Origin: Balanoglossus misakiensis
Taxonomy: Eukaryota > Animalia > Hemichordata
DNA length: 64,000 bases
Assembly (NCBI GenBank): GCA_040954595.2
Contig: CM082576.2
Span: forward strand, 10,171,129-10,235,128
Direction of reading: 5' to 3'
Shown here: piece after piece, positions 1 to 15,400 of the stretch
Numbering within the stretch: position 1 is the first letter of the stretch
Layout: each line of letters starts with the position of its first letter
Made by a program: the position numbers and the translations under genes
The notes under the pieces: generated by a model
Told to the model about the DNA's origin: nothing
Seen by the model: only the letters and a program-made list of their open reading frames with translations
Database searches by the model: none

Positions 1-547
1 CGAAATGATGATCACGGGGGCGAGCAGTCCTATCGGCCAACCTTCTATGCAGCAATCGCAACTCTGTCGCGTTTGTCTACTATGTGCGGGGAAACTCCCA
101 CCGGAGTCCAGTGATGGTAGTACATGTAACTTGTGTGCGAGTTGTCCATCCATCAATTATTGAAGCGCAGCAATCGATGGCCTAATCCCCCAACACCCAG
201 TGCGTTGTAAAGCCGAAATTACGCGTGAAATTGAAAAGAAGCGAGATGATTGTTTGCTTTATTGATATGATATTGTCCGGGCTGAAGTGACAATGTCCTT
301 GAGTATTGTCCGTAGCAAAGCATTGCTAATGAGGCGCTATTAACAAGCAGAAACTCGGCTAAATTCCGAAACCACATGCATGGCCACGTTAGACATTAGC
401 TTTATGTCGGTTGACTTAAAATAATCTTTACGGCCCTGATGGCGTTCAAGGTGTTCGGTGAAAGGTTCCCAACCTTGGGACAGAAGAATAAGTAAAATCG
501 GTTCGAGCAACTGTCTCGGAAATCTTATTCAGTTGCACTCGTGGACA

Positions 548-655
548 GATGGATGGATGGATGGATGGATGGATGGATGGGTTGGTGGTTGGTTGGTTGG
601 TTGATTGGTTGGTTGGTTGGGTGTGTGGACGGACGGTGGATGGATGGACGGATGA
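548..655. repeat. Compound (GGAT)n/(GGTT)n microsatellite
   Basis: Runs of ggat and ggtt are directly visible; they explain the spurious W/G-rich ORF 541..789. Confidence 0.9.
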
Positions 656-1188
656 ATTTAATAATCAATAAATCGATCAATAATAAAAATAATCTTTATT
701 TTAACTCTTTTCACAAGGGTCAAGTACGAATAAAACTAATTACAGTGTACATAGATGATATACAGCACATAAACGACGAAATCAAGTAACACTCTGATCA
801 ACTAGTAACATTATCTGTAAAGCTTTGTAGATAAAAACTTTTTTATTTCGGTGGGCAACTTGTTGTACAGGCCAAGAGTAATCACTGTAGAAGACTTCTT
901 AACAGTCGGTTCCATTTGTACATAAAAAGGGGGAAAGCTTTTAAAATTCTACGCATAATTAATGTCATCAACTTCACATTGAGTGAAGCATTTATTTACA
1001 AACGCCTTTCGCTGGATTCGCCGTCAGTCTGTCTTGGGGATTATACATGCACACTCAAACGTGACATGTTTTCCTTACAAAAGTCGATCGAAATGTCAAT
1101 AATGTTTGAAGTGCAACTTAATCTATGACTTGTAAAATTGGTATGTGAACTTTCTATGCAGGTTAAGAACTTCCGCAGAGCGCGCTCA

Positions 1189-3088
1189 TCACGGCGTGGT
1201 GTGATCAAAATAGTTCGGAGGAGAGTATTCTGGTGGTGGCGGCACTTCTTGGGAATACAGTGGTGGGTTAGCTGCCGGAGGATTGTGTGCATTGGAAAAC
1301 GTCGGTTGTCGGTGGTAATTCGCTGGTTGTCCATTAACAGGTGCCACTCGATCTGTGTCGAACAAAACAAAGAGAATGCATTGTGTGTCGATGGTTAACA
1401 TTTTAAACCCAAGGGCTCTTTTTAAGCACTTTTAATTCATAGGATATCGTTGAATCTCAAGTTACTCTCTCTGACGCTTAACTATAGGCCGTTATGTTAT
1501 GTTAACTTTGCTGAAATTAATTTGCTTTAATTTTCAACCGTGCACCCCTCAATAATGTGGTTGGTTTCGCCTCGCATACCTCTAAATGTTTCATTTCATC
1601 CATTGTGGGTCATTTATGTGTACATATCGTCAGTTTTAAGCAGTTTAGTTCTTTGAAAATGATTAAGAGTCTTTTCTCAAGGAAACCGATGACCCTGTTT
1701 ACTCACTGTTTGCAGCCATCTTCGGTGCTGAAGGGGTTTTGTAGGTTTGAGCTATCCAGAAACATAGGATGCCGCCCACGGCGACCGAAAGTAAAAGGAA
1801 TGCGGTCACTCCACTGACCACACAGGTAATGGTGAACAATCTGGGGGGAAAAACAATAATCATCATGACCTGTTCAAAAACGTGTAATAATGTCACATGG
1901 CATGAAGGATAATACCGAGAGATGAAAGCGAGTTGAAGGGCCGTCGTCCCTCCACCCGGAGGAGCTGTCATTTTTTACCCCCCCCCCTCCCCCAACGTAT
2001 GGCTCCTAGTAAAAGGAAGAGGGCTTAATTGTCGTTCGTGTTCGTGGATTATATATTGTTCCGAGATACCAGGCCACTGAATTGGAAGGAACGTGTACAT
2101 ATACTTAGAAACATAGACAGTGATAGAGACAGACAGACAAACAGCTAGACAGACAGGCGTAGACACACACACAAACACACACACAGACCCACAGACACTC
2201 TCCCATTCTATCACTGGACTGTATCCACAAAACACAGCATTGTTGCTAATGTTTCTTCGTACACCGTGACCTTTACGCCTGGCGGGCATTTCTCGTGCCT
2301 CAGTTGCTAACCCACCTAAACCGCAGTATATGCAACGAGTTGCTCCTGATATACACAGAGACTTCACGGTCGCAGCTTTAAAAAATGACTTACTCGTCGT
2401 CCGTCAGTTCGTCGGCAGCCCCTTGCTGTTGCGTAGTTGCTGCTCTCTCCGTGCTGACCACGGTGGAGACGGCACAAGTTCTCTGGTCGAAGTCATTTGG
2501 GTCTGAACAGCAGTACTTGTTCGAACAGGTTCCGCAACAGTTGTCAAAGAGTCGCAAGATGAAACTCCACGAACACATAAAACCGTTCTGATAATCTCCG
2601 TCGTCGTCATAATACGGCTCACAATATTCGTTACATTCAACTCCTTTCGTCATAATGAAAAAAAGATAGTCCGGTATTTTCAAAAGTCAGGCAGAATAAA
2701 GACATATTTGTATAATGATTTTGAAAAAAAAGATCAATTCCGGGACTATTTCTCGACTCCGAAAACAACCAGAAGTGGCGAAGAAAAACCCTGTAAACAC
2801 CACTACCGCAACAGAGTTGGCATTTTAACACTTGCCAGCATTGGAAGTAAACACCGTGACTAAATAGCCGTCGAAAAACCATCAGCAAAGCAACGCCATC
2901 ACTGATCGATGTCAGCGTGGAAACTTAACGTATTTGGTTGTGACGAGAAAAACAAACTTGGCAACTTTCCGCCAACTTCAATTTTCGGAAACTACACACT
3001 AAATAGAACAAGGGGGAAATCAAGCATCCTTACCGATAAAGAGCAAACTTAGACCCAAGCCAAGTCTAATACCAAGCCGTATATCCAT
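1189..3088 (-). CDS. Shisa-family single-pass membrane protein, paralog 1 (4 exons)
   Basis: Exons 3088-3034 (signal peptide MDIRLGIRLGLGLSLLFI), 2643-2394 (EYC..GFMC..CCGTC..YCC..FDQRTC, 8-Cys Shisa pattern), 1840-1707 (TM LFTITCVVSGVTAFLLLSVAVGGILCFW) and 1352-1189 (Pro-rich tail with PPLY, PPEY, PPNY). All introns are GT-AG; phases 1,2,1 join in frame. Confidence 0.88.
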
Positions 3089-3479
3089 ACCCCACATTGC
3101 CTCCGTGTTATGATGCGAATATGGAGGTTCCGTCCAAAATCGCGAAGCGGTCAGTCAACCGATCATCGATTTTGCGTAAATAGGTTTTGTTCCAGGATCA
3201 GCTGCAATCAATCCCTTTATCCAAACTCATCGATGACGTTTAGAGCGTCAATAATTCAGCCGTAGCCTCTATTCATATTTTGCGCATGGCTTACCCCATT
3301 TGCCTTGGTCACTAGAATAATAGATCGCCCATGAGGTCGGGCGGTAGACAAACAACTTAATATCAGAAATCTCCAGACGTTCTAGTCCACGGAGTCGTAG
3401 CAACTGAAATCAAAGGGGCCCTTGATGCGGCACGTATCGTCATAATATCCGAGGATTAAGCACAGAATGCAAATCGAGT

Positions 3480-6400
3480 TCAAAAACGACAAAAATCACC
3501 TAAGTTCGCAAAGTATGGAAATTATCATTTTAGGACAAGAATTTGTCATTTTGCCTATATTCATGAGTATTAACCCATGAAAAATATCAAAGATCAAAAC
3601 ATCACCAAAGTTGGGAATATCGACAATTCGTCATATTTTGACAATTTTCATGAGCTGTAACCCATGAAAAATGTCCGAAAAATGACAATTTCATCAAAGT
3701 CTAAAAAGTCGGGAATTTATAATTTTTTGACAATTTTCATGAGCTGTAACCCATGGAAAATGTCCGAAAATGACAATTTCATCAAAATCTGCAAAGTTGG
3801 GAATTTATCATTTTTTGACAATTTTCATGAGCTATAGCTCATTAAAATCATCAGAAAATGGCAATTTTTCGACTTTGGGAATTTTCAAAATTTGGCCATT
3901 TTTCACAAAAAATCATGGGTTATAGCTCATGAAAATATCAAAACATGACAATTTTTCGACTTCGGGAATTTTCAAAATTTGGTCATTTTTTGATAAAATC
4001 ATGGGTTATATAGCTCATGAAAATCATCAAAAAATGACAATTTTTCGAATTTGGGAATTTTCAAAATTTGGCCATTTTTCAAAAAAATCATGGGTTATAG
4101 CTCATGAAAATCATCAAAAAATGACAATTTTTCGACTTTGGGAATTTTCAAAATTTGGTCATTTATTGATAAAAATCATGGGTTATAGCTCATGAAAATC
4201 ATCAAAAAATAACAATTTTTCGACTTTGGGAATTTTAAAAAATTTGGCATTTTTCACAAAAAATCATGAGTTATAGCTCATGAAAATCATCAAAAATGAC
4301 AATTTTTCGACTTTGGGAATTTTCAAAATTTTGTCATTTTTCACAAAAAATCATGGGTTATAGCTCATGAAAATCATCACAAAATGACAATTTTTCGACT
4401 TTGGGAATTTTAAAATTTGGCCATTTTTCACAAAAAAATCATGGGTTATAGCTCATGAAAATCATCAAAAAATGACAATTTTTCGACTTTGGGATTTTCA
4501 AAATTTGGTCATTTATTGATAAAAATCATGGGTTATAGCTCATAAAAATCATCAAAAAATCACAATTTTTCGACTTTGGGAATTTTCAAAAATTTGGTCA
4601 TTTTTCACAAAAATGATGGGTTATAGCTCATGAAAATCATCAAAAAATGACAATTTTTCGACTTTGGGAATATTCAAAATTTGGTCATTTTTCACAAAAA
4701 ATCATGGGTTATAGCTCATGAAAATCATCAAAAAATGACAATTTTTCGACTTTGGGAATTTTCAAAATTTGGCCATTTTTCACAAACAAATATGGCTTAT
4801 TGCTCATGAAAATAATCAAAAATGACAATTTTTCGACTTCAAGAATTTCCAAAATTTTTGCATTTTTCACAAAAAATCATGGGTTATAGCTCATGAAAAT
4901 CATCAAAAAATGACAATTTTTTGACTTCGAGAATTTTCAAAATTTGGCCATTTTTTGATGAAAATCATGGGTTATAGCTCATGAGAATCATCAAAAAATG
5001 ACAATTTTTCGACTTCGGGAATTTTCAAAATTTGGCCATTTTTTGATGAAAATCATGGGTTATAGCTCATGAGAATCATCAAAAAATGACAATTTTTCGA
5101 CTTGGGGAATTTTCAAAATTTGGACATTTTTCACAAAAAATCATGGGTTATAGCTCATGAAAATCATCAAAAAATGACAATTTTTCGACTTTGGGAATTT
5201 TCAAAATTTGGCCATTTTTCACAAACAAATATGGCTTATTGCTCATGAAAATAATCAAAAATGACAATTTTTCGACTTCGGGAATTTCCAAAATTTGGCC
5301 ATTTTTCACAAAAAATCATGGGTTATAGCTCATGAAAATCTTCAAAAAAGACAATTTTTCGACTTTGGTAATTTTCAAAATTTGGTGGTTTTTCGACAAA
5401 AACCATAGGTTATATCTCATGAAAATCATCCAGAAATGTCAATTTTTCGACTTCGCGAAATTTCAAAATTTGGTGGTTTTTCGACAAAAACCAGGGGTTA
5501 TAGCTCATGAAAATCATCCAGAAATGTCAATTTTTCGACTTCGCGAAATTTCAAAATTTGGTGGTTTTTCGACAAAAACCATGGGTTATAGCTCATGAAA
5601 ATCATCCAGAAATGTCAATTTTTCGACTTCGCGAAATTTCAAAATTTGGTGGTTTTTCGACAAAAACCATGGGTTATAGCTCATGAAAATCATCCAGAAA
5701 TGCCAATTTTTCGACTTCGCGAAATTTCAAAATTTGGTGGTTTTTCGACAAAAACAATGGGTTATAGCTCATGAAAATCATGCAGAAATGTCAATTTTTC
5801 GACTTCGCGAAATTTCAAAATTTGGTGGTTTTTCGAAAAAAACCATGAGTTATAGCTCATGAAAATCATCCAGAAATGTCAATTTTTCGACTTCGCGAAA
5901 TTTCAAAATTTGGTGGTTTTTTGACAAAAACTATGGGTTATAGCTCATGAAAATCATGCAGAAATGTCAATTTTTCGACTTCGCGAAATTTCAAAATTTG
6001 GTGGTTTTTCGACAAAAACCATGGGTTATAGCTCATGAAAATCATCCTGAAATGTCAATTTTTCGACTTCGCGAAATTTCAAAATTTGGTGGTTTTTCGA
6101 CAAAAACCATCGGTTATAGCTCATGAAAATCATCCAGAAATGTCAATTTTTCGACTTCGCGAAATTTCAAAATTTGGTGGTTTTTCGACAAAAACCATGG
6201 GTTATAGCTCATGAAAATCATCCAGAAATGTCAATTTTTCGACTTCGCGAAATTTCAAAATTTGGTGGTTTTTCGACAAAAACCATGGGTTATAGCTCAT
6301 GAAAATCATCCAGAAATGTCAATTTTTCGACTTCGCGAAATTTCAAAATTTGGTGGTTTTTCGACAAAAACCATGGGTTATAGCTCATGAAAATCATCCA

Positions 6401-9400
6401 GAAATGTCAATTTTTCGACTTCGCGAAATTTCAAAATTTGGTGGTTTTTCGACAAAAACCGTGGGTTATAGCTCATGAAAATCATCCAGAAATGTCAATT
6501 TTTCGACTTCGCGAAATTTCAAAATTTGGTGGTTTTTCGACAAAAACCATGGGTTATAGCTCATGAAAATCATCCAGAAATGTCAATTTTTCGACTTCGC
6601 GAAATTTCAAAATTTGGTGGTTTTTCGACAAAAACCATGGGTTATAGCTCATGAAAATCATCCAGAAATGTCAATTTTTCGACTTCGCGAAATTTCAAAA
6701 TTTGGTGGTCTTTCGACAAAAACCATCGGTTATAGCTCATGAAAATCATCCAGAAATGTCAATTTTTCGACTTCGCGAAATTTCAAAATTTGGTGGTTTT
6801 TGGACAAAAACCATGGGTTATAGCTCATGAAAATCATCCAGAAATGTCAATTTTTCGACTTCGCGAAATTTCAAAATTTGGTGGTTTTTCGACAAAAACC
6901 ATGGGTTATAGCTCATGAAAATCATCCAGAAATGTCAATTTTTCGACTTCGCGAAATTTCAAAATTTGGTGGTTTTTCGACAAAAACCGTGGGTTATAGC
7001 TCATGAAAATCATCCAGAAATGTCAATTTTTCGACTTCGCGAAATTTCAAAATTTGGTGGTTTTTCGACAAAAACCATGGGTTATAGCTCATGAAAATCA
7101 TCCAGAAATGTCAATTTTTCGACTTCGCGAAATTTCAAAATTTGGTGGTTTTTCGACAAAAACCATGGGTTATAGCTCATGAAAATCATCCAGAAATGTC
7201 AATTTTTCGACTTCGCGAAATTTCAAAATTTGGTGGTCTTTCGACAAAAACCATCGGTTATAGCTCATGAAAATCATCCAGAAATGTCAATTTTTCGACT
7301 TCGCGAAATTTCAAAATTTGGTGGTTTTTCGACAAAAACCATGGGTTATAGCTCATGAAAATCATCCAGAAATGTCAATTTTTCGACTTCGCGAAATTTC
7401 AAAATTTGGTGGTTTTTCGACAAAAACCATGAGTTATAGCTCATGAAAATCATCCAGAAATGTCAATTTTTCGACTTCGCGAAATTTCAAAATTTGGTGG
7501 TTTTTTGACAAAAACCATGGGTTATAGCTCATGAAAATCATCCAGAAATGTCAATTTTTCGACTTCGCGAAATTTCAAAATTTGGTGGTTTTTCGACAAA
7601 AACCATGGGTTATAGCTCATGAAAATCATCCAGAAATGTCAATTTTTCGACTTCGCGAAATTTCAAAATTTGGTGGTTTTTCGACAAAAACCATGGGTTA
7701 TAGCTCATGAAAATCATCCAGAAATGTCAATTTTTCGACTTCGCGAAATTTCAAAATTTAGTGGTTTTTCGACAAAAACCATGGGTTATAGCTCATGAAA
7801 ATCATCCAGAAATGTCAATTTTTCGACTTCGCGAAATTTCAAAATTTGGTGGTTTTTCGACAAAAACCATGGGTTATAGCTCATGAAAATCATCCAGAAA
7901 TGTCAATTTTTCGACTTCGCGAAATTTCAAAATTTGGTGGTTTTTCGACAAAAACCATGAGTTATAGCTCATGAAAATCATCCAGAAATGTCAATTTTTC
8001 GACTTCGCGAAATTTCAAAATTTGGTGGTTTTTGGACAAAAACCATGGGTTATAGCTCATGAAAATCATCCAGAAATGTCAATTTTTCGACTTCGCGAAA
8101 TTTCAAAATTTGGTGGTTTTTGGACAAAAACCATGGGTTATAGCTCATGAAAATCATCCAGAAATGTCAATTTTTCGACTTCGCGAAATTTCAAAATTTG
8201 GTGGTTTTTCGACAAAAACCATGGGTTATAGCTCATGAAAATCATCCAGAAATGTCAATTTTTCGACTTCGCGAAATTTCAAAATTTAGTGGTTTTTCGA
8301 CAAAAACCATGGGTTATAGCTCATGAAAATCATCCAGAAATGTCAATTTTTCGACTTCGCGAAATTTCAAAATTTGGTGGTTTTTCGACAAAAACCATGG
8401 GTTATAGCTCATGAAAATCATCCAGAAATGTCAATTTTTCGACTTCGCGAAATTTCAAAATTTGGTGGTTTTTCGACAAAAACCATGAGTTATAGCTCAT
8501 GAAAATCATCCAGAAATGTCAATTTTTCGACTTCGCGAAATTTCAAAATTTGGTGGTTTTTTCGACAAAAACCATGGGTTATAGCTCATGAAAATCATCC
8601 AGAAATGTCAATTTTTCGACTTCGCGAAATTTCAAAATTTGGTGGTTTTTGGACAAAAACCATGGGTTATAGCTCATGAAAATCATCCAGAAATGTCAAT
8701 TTTTCGACTTCGCGAAATTTCAAAATTTGGTGGTTTTTCGACAAAAACCATGGGTTATAGCTCATGAAAATCATCCAGAAATGTCAATTTTTCGACTTCG
8801 CGAAATTTCAAAATTTGGTGGTTTTTCGACAAAAACCATGGGTTATAGCTCATGAAAATCATCCAGAAATGTCAATTTTTCGACTTCGCGAAATTTCAAA
8901 ATTTGGTGGTTTTTCGACAAAAACCATGGGTTATAGCTCATGAAAATCATCCAGAAATGTCAATTTTTCGACTTCGCGAAATTTCAAAATTTGGTGGTTT
9001 TTCGACAAAAACCGTGGGTTATAGCTCATGAAAATCATCCAGAAATGTCAATTTTTCGACTTCGCGAAATTTCAAAATTTGGTGGTTTTTCGACAAAAAC
9101 CATGGGTTATAGCTCATGAAAATCATCCAGAAATGTCAATTTTTCGACTTCGCGAAATTTCAAAATTTGGTGGTTTTTCGACAAAAACCATGGGTTATAG
9201 CTCATGAAAATCATCCAGAAATGTCAATTTTTCGACTTCGCGAAATTTCAAAATTTGGTGGTTTTTCGACAAAAACCATGGGTTATAGCTCATGAAAATC
9301 ATCCAGAAATGTCAATTTTTCGACTTCGCGAAATTTCAAAATTTGGTGGTTTTTCGACAAAAACCATGGGTTATAGCTCATGAAAATCATCCAGAAATGT

Positions 9401-12400
9401 CAATTTTTCGACTTCGCGAAATTTCAAAATTTGGTGGTTTTTCGACAAAAACCATGGGTTATAGCTCATGAAAATCATCCAGAAATGTCAATTTTTCGAC
9501 TTCGCGAAATTTCAAAATTTGGTGGTTTTTCGACAAAAACCATGAGTTATAGCTCATGAAAATCATCCAGAAATGTCAATTTTTCGACTTCGCGAAATTT
9601 CAAAATTTGGTGGTTTTTGGACAAAAACCATGGGTTATAGCTCATGAAAATCATCCAGAAATGTCAATTTTTCGACTTCGCGAAATTTCAAAATTTGGTG
9701 GTTTTTCGACAAAACCCGTGGGTTATAGCTCATGAAAATCATCCAGAAATGTCAATTTTTCGACTTCGCGAAATTTCAAAATTTGGTGGTTTTTCGACAA
9801 AAACCATGGGTTATAGCTCATGAAAATCATCCAGAAATGTCAATTTTTCGACTTCGCGAAATTTCAAAATTTGGTGGTTTTTCGACAAAAACCATGGGTT
9901 ATAGCTCATGAAAATCATCCAGAAATGTCAATTTTTCGACTTCGCGAAATTTCAAAATTTGGTGGTTTTTCGACAAAAACCGTGGGTTATAGCTCATGAA
10001 AATCATCCAGAAATGTCAATTTTTCGACTTCGCGAAATTTCAAAATTTGGTGGTTTTTCGACAAAAACCATGGGTTATAGCTCATGAAAATCATCCAGAA
10101 ATGTCAATTTTTCGACTTCGCGAAATTTCAAAATTTGGTGGTTTTTCGACAAAAACCATGGGTTATAGCTCATGAAAATCATCCAGAAATGTCAATTTTT
10201 CGACTTCGCGAAATTTCAAAATTTGGTGGTTTTTCGACAAAAACCATGGGTTATAGCTCATGAAAATCATCCAGAAATGTCAATTTTTCGACTTCGCGAA
10301 ATTTCAAAATTTGGTGGTTTTTCGACAAAAACCATGGGTTATAGCTCATGAAAATCATCCAGAAATGTCAATTTTTCGACTTCGCGAAATTTCAAAATTT
10401 GGTGGTTTTTCGACAAAAACCATGGGTTATAGCTCATGAAAATCATCCAGAAATGTCAATTTTTCGACTTCGCGAAATTTCAAAATTTGGTGGTTTTTCG
10501 ACAAAAACCATGGGTTATAGCTCATGAAAATCATCCAGAAATGTCAATTTTTCGACTTTGGGAATTTTCAAAATTTGGTCATTTTTCACAAAAAATCATG
10601 GGTTATAGCTCATGAAAATCATCAAAAAATGACAATTTTTCGACTCTGGGAATTTTCAAAATTTTCATGAGCTATAACCTATGAAAAATATCCAAAAAAA
10701 CGACAAAATCACCAAAGTTCACATAGTCAAGAATTTGTCATTTTTTGACAATTTTCGTGCGCTATAACCCACTAAAGTCACCATGCGTTCGTTTCTAGCA
10801 CGACATGTGGGAAATGAAAAAAAAACATAGACAGTAGTGTCTATGGAAGAACTCACCTTTTTCATTTGGAAGAGAATGTACACATGTAATATTTTATTTT
10901 ATTTATTTTATTTTATTTACAAGTGCTGAAAATACTCGAAATTTCAAAATTTGGTGGTTTTTCGACAAAAACCATGGGTTATAGCTCATGAAAATCATCC
11001 AGAAATGTCAATTTTTCGACTTCGCGAAATTTCAAAATTTGGTGGTTTTTCGACAAAAACCATGGGTTATAGCTCATGAAAATCATCCAGAAATGTCAAT
11101 TTTTCGACTTCGCGAAATTTCAAAATTTGGTGGTTTTTCGACAAAAACCATGGGTTATAGCTCATGAAAATCATCCAGAAATGTCAATTTTTCGACTTCG
11201 CGAAATTTCAAAATTTGGTGGTTTTTCGACAAAAACCATGGGTTATAGCTCATGAAAATCATCCAGAAATATCAATTTTTCGACTTCGCGAAATTTCAAA
11301 ATTTGGTGGTTTTTCGACAAAAACCATGGGTTATAGCTCATGAAAATCATCCAGAAATATCAATTTTTCGACTTCGCGAAATTTCAAAATTTGGTGGTTT
11401 TTCGACAAAAACCATGGGTTATAGCTCATGAAAATCATCCAGAAATGTCAATTTTTCGACTTCGCGAAATTTCAAAATTTGGTGGTTTTTCGACAAAAAC
11501 CATGGGTTATAGCTCATGAAAATCATCCAGAAATGTCAATTTTTCGACTTCGCGAAATTTCAAAATTTGGTGGTTTTTCGACAAAAACCATGGGTTATAG
11601 CTCATGAAAATCATCCAGAAATGTCAATTTTTCGACTTCGCGAAATTTCAAAATTTGGTGGTTTTTCGACAAAAACCATGGGTTATAGCTCATGAAAATC
11701 ATCCAGAAATGTCAATTTTTCGACTTCGCGAAATTTCAAAATTTGGTGGTTTTTCGACAAAAACCGTGGGTTATAGCTCATGAAAATCATCCAGAAATGT
11801 CAATTTTTCGACTTCGCGAAATTTCAAAATTTGGTGGTTTTTCGACAAAAACCATGGGTTATAGCTCATGAAAATCATCCAGAAATGTCAATTTTTCGAC
11901 TTCGCGAAATTTCAAAATTTGGTGGTTTTTCGACAAAAACCATGGGTTATAGCTCATGAAAATCATCCAGAAATGTCAATTTTTCGACTTCGCGAAATTT
12001 CAAAATTTGGTGGTTTTTCGACAAAAACCATGGGTTATAGCTCATGAAAATCATCCAGAAATGTCAATTTTTCGACTTCGCGAAATTTCAAAATTTGGTG
12101 GTTTTTCGACAAAAACCAAGGATTATAGCTCATGAAAATCATCCAGAAATGTCAATTTTTCGACTTCGCGAAATTTCAAAATTTGGTGGTTTTTCGACAA
12201 AAACCATGGGTTATAGCTCATGAAAATCACCCAGAAATGTCAATTTTTCGACTTCGCGAAATTTCAAAATTTGGTGGTTTTTCGACAAAAACCATGGGTT
12301 ATAGCTCATGAAAATCATCCAGAAATGTCAATTTTTCGACTTCGCGAAATTTCAAAATTTGGTGGTTTTTCGACAAAAACCAAGGATTATAGCTCATGAA

Positions 12401-15400
12401 AATCATCCAGAAATGTCAATTTTTCGACTTCGCGAAATTTCAAAATTTGGTGGTTTTTCGACAAAAACCATGGGTTATAGCTCATGAAAATCACCCAGAA
12501 ATGTCAATTTTTCGACTTCGCGAAATTTCAAAATTTGGTGGTTTTTCGACAAAAACCATGGGTTATAGCTCATGAAAATCATCCAGAAATGTCAATTTTT
12601 CGACTTCGCGAAATTTCAAAATTTGGTGGTTTTTCGACAAAAACCATGGGTTATAGCTCATGAAAATCATCCAGAAATGTCAATTTTTCGACTTTGGGAA
12701 TTTTCAAAATTTGGTCATTTTTCACAAAAAATCATGGGTTATAGCTCATGAAAATCATCAAAAAATGACAATTTTTCGACTCTGGGAATTTTCAAAATTT
12801 TCATGAGCTATAACCTATGAAAAATATCCAAAAAAACGACAAAATCACCAAAGTTCACATAGTCAAGAATTTGTCATTTTTTGACAATTTTCGTGCGCTA
12901 TAACCCACTAAAGTCACCATGCGTTCGTTTCTAGCACGACATGTGGGAAATGAAAAAAAAACATAGACAGTAGTGTCTATGGAAGAACTCACCTTTTTCA
13001 TTTGGAAGAGAATGTACACATGTAATATTTTATTTTATTTATTTTATTTTATTTACAAGTGCTGAAAATACTCGAAATTTCAAAATTTGGTGGTTTTTCG
13101 ACAAAAACCATGGGTTATAGCTCATGAAAATCATCCAGAAATGTCAATTTTTCGACTTCGCGAAATTTCAAAATTTGGTGGTTTTTCGACAAAAACCATG
13201 GGTTATAGCTCATGAAAATCATCCAGAAATGTCAATTTTTCGACTTCGCGAAATTTCAAAATTTGGTGGTTTTTCGACAAAAACCATGGGTTATAGCTCA
13301 TGAAAATCATCCAGAAATGTCAATTTTTCGACTTCGCGAAATTTCAAAATTTGGTGGTTTTTCGACAAAAACCATGGGTTATAGCTCATGAAAATCATCC
13401 AGAAATATCAATTTTTCGACTTCGCGAAATTTCAAAATTTGGTGGTTTTTCGACAAAAACCATGGGTCATAGCTCATGAAAATCATCCAGAAATATCAAT
13501 TTTTCGACTTCGCGAAATTTCAAAATTTGGTGGTTTTTCGACAAAAACCATGGGTTATAGCTCATGAAAATCATCCAGAAATGTCAATTTTTCGACTTCG
13601 CGAAATTTCAAAATTTGGTGGTTTTTCGACAAAAACCATGGGTTATAGCTCATGAAAATCATCCAGAAATGTCAATTTTTCGACTTCGCGAAATTTCAAA
13701 ATTTGGTGGTTTTTCGACAAAAACCATGGGTTATAGCTCATGAAAATCATCCAGAAATGTCAATTTTTCGACTTCGCGAAATTTCAAAATTTGGTGGTTT
13801 TTCGACAAAAACCATGGGTTATAGCTCATGAAAATCATCCAGAAATGTCAATTTTTCGACTTCGCGAAATTTCAAAATTTGGTGGTTTTTCGACAAAAAC
13901 CGTGGGTTATAGCTCATGAAAATCATCCAGAAATGTCAATTTTTCGACTTCGCGAAATTTCAAAATTTGGTGGTTTTTCGACAAAAACCATGGGTTATAG
14001 CTCATGAAAATCATCCAGAAATGTCAATTTTTCGACTTCGCGAAATTTCAAAATTTGGTGGTTTTTCGACAAAAACCATGGGTTATAGCTCATGAAAATC
14101 ATCCAGAAATGTCAATTTTTCGACTTCGCGAAATTTCAAAATTTGGTGGTTTTTCGACAAAAACCATGGGTTATAGCTCATGAAAATCATCCAGAAATGT
14201 CAATTTTTCGACTTCGCGAAATTTCAAAATTTGGTGGTTTTTCGACAAAAACCAAGGATTATAGCTCATGAAAATCATCCAGAAATGTCAATTTTTCGAC
14301 TTCGCGAAATTTCAAAATTTGGTGGTTTTTCGACAAAAACCATGGGTTATAGCTCATGAAAATCACCCAGAAATGTCAATTTTTCGACTTCGCGAAATTT
14401 CAAAATTTGGTGGTTTTTCGACAAAAACCATGGGTTATAGCTCATGAAAATCATCCAGAAATGTCAATTTTTCGACTTCGCGAAATTTCAAAATTTGGTG
14501 GTTTTTCGACAAAAACCATGGGTTATAGCTCATGAAAATCATCCAGAAATGTCAATTTTTCGACTTTGGGAATTTTCAAAATTTGGTCATTTTTCACAAA
14601 AAATCATGGGTTATAGCTCATGAAAATCATCAAAAAATGACAATTTTTCGACTCTGGGAATTTTCAAAATTTTCATGAGCTATAACCTATGAAAAATATC
14701 CAAAAAAACGACAAAATCACCAAAGTTCACATAGTCAAGAATTTGTCATTTTTTGACAATTTTCGTGCGCTATAACCCACTAAAGTCACCATGCGTTCGT
14801 TTCTAGCACGACTTGTGGGAAATGAAAAAAAAACATAGACAGTAGTGTCTATGGAAGAACTCACCTTTTTCATTTGGAAGAGAATGTACACATGTAATAT
14901 TTTATTTTATTTATTTTATTTTATTTACAAGTGCTGAAAATACTCGAAATTTCAAAATTTGGTGGTTTTTCGACAAAAACCATGGGTTATAGCTCATGAA
15001 AATCATCCAGAAATGTCAATTTTTCGACTTCGCGAAATTTCAAAATTTGGTGGTTTTTCGACAAAAACCGTGGGTTATAGCTCATGAAAATCATCCAGAA
15101 ATGTCAATTTTTCGACTTCGCGGAATTTCAAAATTTGGTGGTTTTTCGACAAAAACCATGGGTTATAGCTCATGAAAATCATCCAGAAATGTCAATTTTT
15201 CGACTTCGCGAAATTTCAAAATTTGGTGGTTTTTCGACAAAAACCATGGGTTATAGCTCATGAAAATCATCCAGAAATGTCAATTTTTCGACTTCGCGAA
15301 ATTTCAAAATTTGGTGGTTTTTCGACAAAAACCATGGGTTATAGCTCATGAAAATCATCCAGAAATGTCAATTTTTTGACTTCGCGAAATTTCAAAATTT

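Noticed and set aside
1-153. Minus-strand frame from ATG at 153 running off the window, ending in hydrophobic GWPIGLLAPVIIIS; possible further membrane-protein gene
   Set aside because: Only 51 codons are visible, with no recognisable motif or good splice signal; cannot be supported without the adjacent window.
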